A DNA stretch of 64,000 nt, taken from NCBI GenBank assembly GCA_012295275.1, contig CM022671.1, positions 9,610,001-9,674,000 of the forward strand. The letters are read 5' to 3'. The notes under the pieces were generated by a model. The model was not told the DNA's origin. It made no database searches and saw only the letters and a list, made by a program, of their open reading frames with translations. This stretch comes from Chrysomallon squamiferum (taxonomy: Eukaryota > Animalia > Mollusca). Both the position numbers and the translations under genes were made by a program. This document shows, piece after piece, positions 54,101 to 64,000 of this stretch (positions within the stretch are counted from its first letter, which is position 1; each line of letters opens with the position of its first letter).

Positions 54101-57100
54101 CCTCCCTTATGTGAGATGTGTTCACTGGTATATTTGGAGTGGCCTCCCTTATGTGAGATGTGTTCACTGGTATTAAGAAAATAAGATAGAAAACTCGAAT
54201 ACAAAAGCTCAACTAAATAATCAGTGAGAGCAGAGTGTTTAAACTGATTAAAGTATTTCATAAATAAATAAAGAAATGGTGACACGTAGAAAAAAGAAAG
54301 AAGGATGGAATGAAAGATAGGAAATAAAAGATGGAAAAGATAGAAAAAAATGAAAAAATGGAAAAGTGGAAAAAAAAAGAAAGAAAGATAGAAAAGAAAA
54401 GAAGGAAAGAAAGAAAGAAAATATTGAAACAGCTTAAAGAATGAACAAAAATGAATAAGAAAAGAAAAGAAAAACTTAGGAAACAGAACAAAGAGTGGTA
54501 CTATTTAAACGCAGCATTCTTTTAGATTTTATTCATAATAAAAATATAAAATGGTATGTGGACTGCATTGATTAGCAGGATAAACAATTTCCATACTGAA
54601 GAAAAAAAAAACGCCTCCCTTATGTGAAATTTGTTCACTGATATATTTAGAAAGCCTCCCTTATGCGAGAGTGTTCACTTCTATATTTAGACTTACTCCC
54701 TATAAAGAAATAAATAAATAAAAAGCCTCCCCTATGTGAAATGTGTTCACTGGTATATTTAGAGTTGCCTCCCTTATGTGAGATGTGTTCACTCTATATT
54801 TAGAGTCACTTCCCCTATGTGAGATGTGTTCACTGGTATATTTCCCTCCCTTATGTGAGATGTGTTCACTGGTATTTAGAGTCGCCTCCCCTATGTGAGA
54901 TGTGTTCACTGGTATTTTGAGTCGCCTCCCTTATGTGAGATGTGTTCACTGGTATATTTGGAGTGGCCTCCCTTATGTGAGATGTGTTCACTGGTATTAA
55001 GAAAATAAGATAGAAAACTCGAATACAAAAGCTCAACTAAATAATCAGTGAGAGCAGAGTGTTTAAACTGATTAAAGTATTTCATAAATAAAAATAAAGA
55101 AATGGTGACACGTAGAAAAAAAAAAGAAGGAAGGATGGAATGAAAGATAGGAAATAAAAGATGGAAAAGAAGAAAGAAAAGAAAGAAAGAAAGATAGAAA
55201 AGAAAGAAGGAAAGAAAGAAAGAAAGAAAATATTAAAACAGCTTAAAGAATGAACAAAAATGAATAAGAAAAAAAAGAAAAATCTAAGGAAACAGAACAA
55301 AGAGTGGTACTATATAAACGCAGCATTCTTTTCAGATTTTATTCATAATAAAATATAAAATGGTATGTGGACTGCATTGATTATCAGGATAAGAATTTAC
55401 ATACTAAATTCATTTGATTACTGAGAAAGAAAACAGAGAATACTGACTGACTGAAGAAAAAATAAATAAATAAAAGCTTATCAGAAATATGTTCACTGAG
55501 ATATATAGAATCGCCTCCCTTATGCGAGAAGTGTTCACTTCTATATTTAGAGTTACTTTCCCTATGTGAGATGTGTTCACTGGTATTTAGAGTCGCCTCC
55601 CCTATGTGAGATGTGTTCACTGGTATTTGTTCGCCTCCCTTATGTGAGATGTGTTCACTGGTATTTAGAGTCGCCTCCCCTATGTGAGATGTGTTCACTG
55701 GTATATTTAGAGTGGCCTCCCTTATGTGAGATGTGTTCACTGGTATTAAGAAAATAAGATAAAAACTCGAATACAAAAGCTCAACTAAATAATCAGTGAG
55801 AGCAGAGTGTTTAAACTGATTAAAGTATTTCATAAATAAATAAAGAAATGGTAACACGTAGAAAAAAGAAAGAAGGATGGAATGAAAGATGGGAAATAAA
55901 AGATGGAAAAGAGAGAAAGAAAAGAAAGAAAGAAAGAAAGAAAAAAAAAGAAAAAAGAAAGAAGGAAAGAAAAAGAAAGAAAATATTGAAACAGCTTAAA
56001 GAATCAACAAAAATGAATGAGAAAAGAAAAGAAAAATCTAAGGAAACAGAACAAAGAGTGACACTATTTAAACGCAGCATTCTTTTCAGATTTTATTCAT
56101 CATAAAATATAAAATGGCATGTGGACTGCATTGATTATCAGGATAAGAATTTACATACTAAATTCATTTGATTACTGAGAAAGAAAACAGAGAATACTGA
56201 CTGACTGAAGAAAAAATAAATAAATAAAAGCTTATGCGAAATATGTTCACTGATATATTTAGAATCGCCTCCCTTATGCGAGAAGTGTTCACTTCTATAT
56301 TTAGAGTTACTTTCCCTATGTGAGATGTGTTCACTGGTATTCAGAGTCGCCTCCCCTATGTGAGATGTGTTCACTTGTATATTTAGAGTCGCCTCCCTTA
56401 TGTGAGATGTGTTCACTGGTATATTTAGAGTCGTCTGCCTTATGTGAGATGTGTTCACTGCTATTTAGAGTCGCCTCCCCTATGTGAGATGTGTTCACTG
56501 GTATACTTAGAGTTGCCTCCCTTATGTGAGATGTGTTCACTGGTATTTAGAGTCACCTCCCCTATGTGAGATGTGTTCACTGGTATATTTAGAGTCGCCT
56601 CCCTTATGTGAGATGTGTTCACTGGTATATTTAGAGTCGCCTCCCCTATGTGAGATGTGTTCACTGGTATTTTGAGTCGCCTCCCTTATGTGAGATGTGT
56701 TCACTGGTATATTTGGAGTGGCCTCCCTTATGTGAGATGTGTTCACTGGTATTAAGAAAATAAGATAGAAAACTCGAATACAAAAGCTCAACTAAATAAT
56801 CAGTGAGAGCAGAGTGTTTAAACTGATTAAAGTATTTCATAAATAAATAATAAAGAAATGGTAACACGTAGAAAAAAGAAGGAAGGATGGAATGAAAGAT
56901 AGGAAATAAAAGATGGAAAAGAGAGAAAGAAAAGAAAGAAAGAAAGATAGAAAAGAAAGAAGGAAAGAAAGAAAGAAAAGAAAGAAGGAAAGAAAGAAAG
57001 AAAGAAAATATTGAAACAGCTTAAAGAATGAACAAAAATGAATAAGAAAAGAAAAGAAAAATCTAAGGAAACAGAACAAAGAGTGGTACTATTTAAACGC

Positions 57101-60100
57101 AGCATTCTTTTCAGATTTTATTCATAATAAAATATAAAATGGTATGTGGACTGCATTGATTATCAGGATAAGAATTTACATACTAAATTCATTTGATTAC
57201 TGAGAAAGAAAACAGAGAATACTGACTGACTGAAGAAAAAATAAATAAATAAAAGCTTATGCGAAATATGTTCACTGATATATTTAGAATCGCCTCCCTT
57301 ATGCGAGAAGTGTTCACTTCTTATTTAGAGTTAGTGTTCATGTGAGATCTATATTTAGAGTTACCTTCCCTGAGATGTGTTCACTGGTATATTTAGAGAT
57401 GTGTTCACTGGTGTTATTTAGAGTCGCCTCCCCTATGTGAGATGTGTTCACTGGTATTTAGAGTCACCTCCCTATGTGAGATGTGTGTGAGATGTGTTCA
57501 CTTATTTAGAGTCACCTCCCTATGTGAGATGTGTTCACTGGTATTTAGAGTCGCCTCCCTTATGTGAGATGTGTTCACTGGTATTTAGAGTCGCCTCCCT
57601 TATGTGAGATGTGTTCACTGGTATTTTGAGTCGCCTCCCTTATGTGAGATGTGTTCACTGGTATATTTGGAGTGGCCTCCCTTATGTGAGATGTGTTCAC
57701 TGGTATTAAGAAAATAAGATAGAAAACTCGAATACAAAAGCTCAACTAAATAATCAGTGAGAGCAGAGTGTTTAAACTGATTAAAGTATTTCATAAATAA
57801 ATAATAAAGAAATGGTAACACGTAGAAAAAAGAAGGAAGGATGGAATGAAAGATAGGAAATAAAAGATGGAAAAGAGAGAAAGAAAAGAAAGAAAGAAAG
57901 ATAGAAAAGAAAGAAGGAAAGAAAGAAAGAAAGAAAATATTGAAACAGCTTAAAGAATGAACAAAAATGAATAAGAAAAGAAAAGAAAAATCTAAGGAAA
58001 CAGAACAAAGAGTGGTACTATTTAAACGCAGCATTCTTTTCAGATTTTATTCATAATAAAATATAAAATGGTATGTGGACTGCATTGATTATCAGGATAA
58101 GAATTTACATACTAAATTCATTTGATTACTGAGAAAGAAAACAGAGAATACTGACTGACTGAAGAAAAAATAAATAAATAAAAGCTTATGCGAAATATGT
58201 TCACTGATATATTTAGAATCGCCTCCCTTATGCGAGAAGTGTTCACTTCTATATTTAGAGTTACTTTCCCTATGTGAGATGTGTTCACTGGTATATTTAG
58301 AGTCGCCTCCCTTATGTGAGATGTGTTCACTGGTATATTTAGAGTCGCCTCCCTTATGTGAGATGTGTTCACTGGTATATTTAGAGTCGCCTCCCTTATG
58401 TGAGATGTGTTCACTGGTATATTTAGAGTGGCCTCCCTTATGTGAGATGTGTTCACTGGTATTTAGAGTCACCTCCCTTATGTGAGATGTGTTCACTGGT
58501 ATTTTGAGTCGCCTCCCTTATGTGAGATGTGTTCACTGGTATATTTAGAGTCGCCTCCCTTATGTGAGATGTGTTCACTGGTATATTTGGAGTGGCCTCC
58601 CTTATGTGAGATGTGTTCACTGGTATTAAGAAAATAAGATAAAAAAGCTCGAATACAAAAGCTCAAATAAATAATCAGTGAGAGAAGAGTGTTTAAACTG
58701 ATTAAAGTATTTCATAAATAAATAATAAAGAAATGGTAGCACGTAGAAAAAAGAAGGAAGGATGGAATGAAAGATAGGAAATAAAAGATGGAAAAGATAG
58801 AAAGAAATGAAAGAAAGGAAGATCGAAAAGAAAGAAGGAAGGACAGAAAGAAAAGAAAGAAAGAAAGAAAGAAAGGAAAAAAGAAAAGAATGAAGCACTT
58901 AAAGAATGAACACAAATGAATAAAAAAAGAAAAGAACTAACTTAACAGAATGAAGCGTGGTACTATTTAAATGCAGCATTCTTTTAACTTTTATTCATAA
59001 TAAAATATAAAATCGTATGTGGACTGCATTGATTAGCAGGATAACAATTTCCATACTGAAGAAAAAATAAATAAATAAAAGCAATGCTTATGCGAAATAT
59101 GTTCACTGATATATTTAGAGTAGCCTCCCTTATGCGAGAAGTGTTCACTTCTATATTTAGAGTTACTTTCCCTATGTGAGATGTATTCACTGGTATTTAG
59201 AGTCGCCTCCCCTATGTGACATGTGTTCACTGGTATACCTAGAGTTGCCTCCCTTATGTGAGATGTGTTCACTGGTATTTAGAGTCACCTCCCCTATGTG
59301 AGATGTGTTCACTGGTATATTTGGAGTGGCCTCCCTTATGTGAGATGTGTTCACTGGTATTAAGAAAATAAGATAGAAAACTCGAATACAAAAGCTCAAC
59401 TAAATAATCAGTGAGAGGAGAGTGTTTAAACTGATTAAAGTATTTCATAAATAAATAATAAAGAAATGGTAGCACGTAGAAAAAAGAAGGAAGGATGGAA
59501 TGAAAGATAGGAAATAAAAGATGGAAAAGAGAGAAAGAAAAGAAAGAAAGAAAGATAGAAAAGAAAGAAGGAAAGAAAGAAAGAAAATATTGAAACAGCT
59601 TAAAGAATGAACAAAAATGAATAAGAAAAGAAAAGAAAAATCTAAGGAAACAGAACAAAGAGTGGTACTATTTAAACGCAGCATTCTTTTCAGATTTTAT
59701 TCATAATAAAATATAAAATGGTATGTGGACTGCATTGATTATCAGGATAAGAATTTACATACTAAATTCATTTGATTACTGAGAAAGAAAACAGAGAATA
59801 CTGACTGACTGAAGAAAAAATAAATAAATAAAAGCTTATATGAGAAATATGTTCACTGATATATTTAGAGTAGCCTCCCTATGTGAGAAGTGTTCACTTC
59901 TATATTTATTTGAGATGTGTTCCCTATGTGAGATGTACTTGTATTTAGAGAGTTCACTGGTATATTTAGAGTCGCCTCCCTATGTGAGATGTGTTCACTG
60001 GTATTTAGAGTCACCTCCCTATGTGTATTTAGAGTACCTCCCTTATGTGAGATGTGTTCACTGGTATTTAGAGTCACCTCCCTTATGTGAGATGTGTTCA

Positions 60101-61070
60101 CTGGTATTTTGAGTCGCCTCCCTTATGTGAGATGTGTTCACTGGTATATTTGGAGTGGCCTCCCTTATGTGAGATGTGTTCACTGGTATTAAGAAAATAA
60201 GATAGAAAGCTCGAATACAAAAGCTCAAATAAATAATCAGTGAGAGAAGAGTGTTTAAACTGATTAAAGTATTTCATTAATAAATAATAAAGAAATGGTA
60301 GCACGTAGAAAAAAGAAGGAAGGATGGAATGAAAGATAGGAAATAAAAGATGGAAAAGAGAGAAAGAAAAGAAAGAAAGAAAGATAGAAAAGAAAGAAGA
60401 AAAGAAAGAAGGAAAGAAAATATTGAAACATCTTAAAGAATGAACAAAAATGAATAAGACTAGAAAAGAAAAATCTAAGGAAACAGAACAAAGAGTGGTA
60501 CTATATAAACGCAGCATTCTTTTCAGATTTTATTCATAATAAAATATAAAATGGTATGCGGACTGCATTGATTATCAGGATAAGAATTTACATACTAAAT
60601 TGATTTGATTACTGAGAAAGAAAACAGAGAATACTGACTGACTGAAGAAGAAATAAATAAATAAAAGCTTATGCGAAATACGTTCACTGATATATTTAGA
60701 ATCGCCTCCCTTATGCGAGAAGTGTTCACTTCTATATTTAGAGTTACTTTCCCTATGTGAGATGTGTTCACTGGTATATTTAGAGTCGCCTCCCTTATGT
60801 GAGATGTTTTCACTGGTATTTAGAGTCACCTCCCCTATATGATATGTGTTCACTGGTATATTTGGAGTGGCCTCCCTTATGTGAGATGTGTTCACTGGTA
60901 TTTAGAGTCACCTCCCTTATGTGAGATGTGTTCACTGGTATTAAGAGAATAAGATAGAAAACTCGAATACAAAAGCTTAACTAAATAATCAGTGAGAGCA
61001 GAATGTTTAAAGTGATTAAAGTATTTCACAAATAAATAATAAAGAAATGGTAACACGTAGAAAAAAGAAG
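45107..61070. repeat. Compound satellite: 19 macro-units (about 0.6-1.0 kb), each a purine-rich conserved segment plus a variable block of 40/42-bp repeats
   Basis: Marker ggactgcattgatta occurs 19 times; sub-repeat tatgtgagatgtgttcactggta(ta)tttagagtcgcctccct. Confidence 0.96.
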
Positions 61071-61735
61071 GTGCCCTAGTCACCCACACACCGACTGTCT
61101 GCCCTGCATATGGATGGAGCTACTGATAAACTGAAGTTTGTACAAGCACTAGGGCCTTTTAAGATTAAACTGGTAATTAAATATTTAAAAAAAAAGTAAT
61201 ATTGTTTTTGTTTACTGACTGAAAATATAGAAACTTATTTAGTGATCATATGGTTGCAATTGCTGATAGTGACTTCAGGATCTATCTGATCTATCTATCT
61301 GTGCAAACCCATGCATAAACATGCACGCATGCACTTACACACTGTCTGATAGAGGTAAGCTGAAAATCGACTGAATATTGACGAGTATAAATAAAATATA
61401 TATGAATCCATGATGTGTGTTTACATTGGTGTGTGTTGGTGCACACATTTGCATACAAAAACACACATACACACACAAACACATAAATTAAGCTATGCAT
61501 TTATTTCTTTATTTATTTGTTTTTTATTTGTTTTTCATCCATTTTCCAATCCAGTGCCTCCTTCAAGCACTATTAGAGATTTTAAAAATTAATTTTGTAA
61601 TATGATTTTAAATAATTACATATATTTATCTTGTCAATCAATTTATATTTGTTAAACAGTTTACACAAATACTTTGAGGTGTAAATAATTTTTATCAATA
61701 TTCTGCCTTATAACATGATTAGTATAACATGAATT

Positions 61736-62653
61736 CAGTGATTCTCAACCAGTGTGCCGCGGCACACAGGTGTGCCACGAGATCTTCCTAAGAGTGCCGC
61801 AACATTTTGAACGGCACACTAAGAAAATGCGAAAAACCACGTGATCCCAAAATAAAACAAACAGTAGTAAAAACGAAAATATTCTCACTTCAGCAGACAA
61901 GTTAGTTGCCCTCAAAAAGAAAATAGTGAGTTGGGAAAAAAAGAGCAATCACTGTCAATCTTTATATGTTCCCTTTATTGCGTTCTACCTGCATTAGAGA
62001 AGTGATCCCAATTGTGTTTACTCATCTGACAGCCCTGGACGAAAGCATCAACAATTACTTTCTGTCATTAAAGACAGAAAAGTATGATTGGATTAGAGAT
62101 CCTTTCATAAATTATTCTTCCAACATTGAACTTGAATTACAGGAAGAAGCAGAATTGGCCGCCCTTTCTAATGACCTTAAAATTAAAACATTCGACTCTG
62201 CCCATTGATTCATTTTGGATTTCAATTCAAGAGGTGTATCCCATATTATGTAAAAGAGTTTTAGCAATTTTATTATAATTTTCAACTCCTTATATATGTG
62301 AATTAGGCAACATCAAAAACATGAAGCACGAGAGATTACTACAACGAAAGCAGAAATAAGGGTGTGTCTGTCTCATATTCGACCAAACATTGAGGAAATT
62401 ATGAATAAAAGCCAGGCACAAATTTCTCATCAAAGAAACCAGCTATTTGACTGATAACATTCGAAACACTGCAATAAGGTATAGCTGTGTTTTTCTTTAT
62501 TTAGTTTGAGTCATTCTATGTGTCTATGACTAGTCTGTGTCTACGGTTGTATGCCGTATATGACTTGCCATGTTTTTATTTTTCAAAATTCAAATATTTT
62601 TCATATATATTTAGCCAGGTGTGCCGTTGGCAAAAAATGATTGGGAACCACTG
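61736..62653 (+). mobile_element. Internally deleted Buster/Charlie-type hAT element
   Basis: TIRs cagtgattctcaacc / gattgggaaccactg; TSD catgaatt / cattaatt (7 of 8); remnants DWIRDPF, FWISIQEVYP, FSTPYICELG, RVCLSHIRPNIE...QAQISH. Confidence 0.9.
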
Positions 62654-62842
62654 CATTAATTCATAGATAATTTTGCATATCTGATCAATAATCTGTCTTA
62701 TAGATATTTAAGAATATTTAATATTCAAGTGCAATTAAAGAATATTTAATTCTCATATTTAATATATTTATTTCTATATTAATTTATTTATTCTTTAATT
62801 TCACGCTTATAGTTCATGGTGCCTGGTCTGAATGGACACTTC

Positions 62843-64000
62843 AGTAGTAATATCAGTACTATCGTTGAAGTAACAGTCATACATTAATAGTAATAGCTGT
62901 AGTATCGCAGAAGTAAGAGAGGCAGATTAGTAATGATACCAGTAGTATCGCAGAGGTAACAGTGACAGATCAGTAGTAATATCAGTAGTATTGCAGAAGT
63001 AACGGTGGAAGATTAATAGTAATATTAGTAGTATGGCTGAAATAACAGTGACAGATTAGTAGTAATATCAGTAGTATGAAATATTAGTAATATTAATGAC
63101 AGATTAGTAGTAATAGCAGTAGTATGGCTGAAATAACAGTAACAGATTAGTATTAACATCGTTGAAGTAACAGCAATAGATTAATACTAATAGCTGTAGT
63201 GTCGCAGAAGTAACAGAGGCAGATCAGTAATGATTCCAGTAGTATTGCTGAAGTAACAGTGATAGATTAGTTGTAATATCAGTAGTATTTCTGAAATAAC
63301 AGTGACAGATTAGTTGTAATATCAGTAGTATTCCTGAAATAACAGTCATAGATTAGTAGTAATATCAGTAGTATGGCTGAAATATTAGTAATATTAATGA
63401 CAGATTAGTATAATAGCAGTAGTATGGCTGAAATAACAGTGACAGATTAGTAGTAATAGCTGTAGTATGGTTGAAATAACAGTGACAGATTAGTAGTAAT
63501 ATCAGTAATATCTCTGAAGTAGCAGTGACATATTAATAGTAATATCAGTAATATCTCTGAAGTAGCAGTCACAGATTAGTGGTAATATTAGTAGTATGGC
63601 TGATGTAACAGTGACAGATTAGTAATAATAGCGTAGTATTGCTGAAGTAACTGATAGATTAGTAATAATCGCAGTGGTATTGCTGAAGTAAAAGTGATTA
63701 GTAGTAATATCAGTAGTATCGCTGAATAACAATGGTAGATTTGTAACAATAGCAGTAGTATTGCTGAAGTAACAGTGATCGATTACTAGTAATACAGTAG
63801 TATCGCTGAAGTAACAGTGATAGATTAGTAGTAATAGTAGTAATATTGCTGAAGTAACAGTGGCAGATTAGCAGTAATATCGATAGTATCACTGAAGTAA
63901 CAGTGATATCATATCAGTAGTATCACTAAAGTAAGTGGTAGATTAGTAGTGAGCAGTAGTATCGCTGAAGTAACACTTGTAGATTAGTAGTAATATCAGT
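62843..64000. repeat. 43-bp degenerate minisatellite running off the window end
   Basis: Unit agtaatatcagtagtatggctgaaataacagtgacagattagt. Confidence 0.92.

Noticed and set aside
49500-60050. Scrambled sub-repeats at about 49.5, 51.8, 52.9, 54.6, 57.3 and 59.9 kb as novel variants
   Set aside because: Mosaic fragments with homopolymer slips look like long-read consensus errors in a collapsed array; cannot be trusted without reads
45430-61000. CRISPR-like look of short regular repeats in blocks
   Set aside because: Repeats are head-to-tail with no unique spacers, there are no cas genes, and the context is eukaryotic
45334-61089. Many ORFs encoding SEHISHKGGDSKYT / VNTSHIREATLNIP and Phe/Ser/Leu-rich peptides
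   Set aside because: By-products of the satellite; alternating 40- and 42-bp units shift frame constantly and no frame is preserved

Overview
AT-rich, microsatellite-dense, intron-containing animal DNA. The repeat families and gene remnants look molluscan, probably gastropod (inference). Most of the window is transposon debris and tandem repeats. Mobile elements: three Buster/Charlie-type hAT elements (one full-length with a perfect 8-bp TSD), a Mag-like Ty3/Gypsy element with both LTRs and a tRNA-Ser PBS, a decayed GalEa-like Ty1/Copia, FLYWCH-MULE and TTF-zinc-finger transposase remnants, a palindromic MITE, and LINE/SINE fragments. A 16-kb compound satellite holds 19 macro-units, each containing an ordered 40/42-bp minisatellite. 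Host-gene content is not captured as whole genes by the ORF track and was assembled by hand from splice sites: a + strand Sushi + non-canonical galectin gene or pseudogene (6.1-10 kb), and three dispersed, mutually homologous remnants of a laminin-G/ConA-like (Pif/BMSP-like) gene (17-18.6, 32.3 and 34.9-39.2 kb). No CRISPR array, rRNA gene or intact tRNA gene was seen. All domain assignments are motif recognition by eye and need HMM or RNA-seq confirmation.
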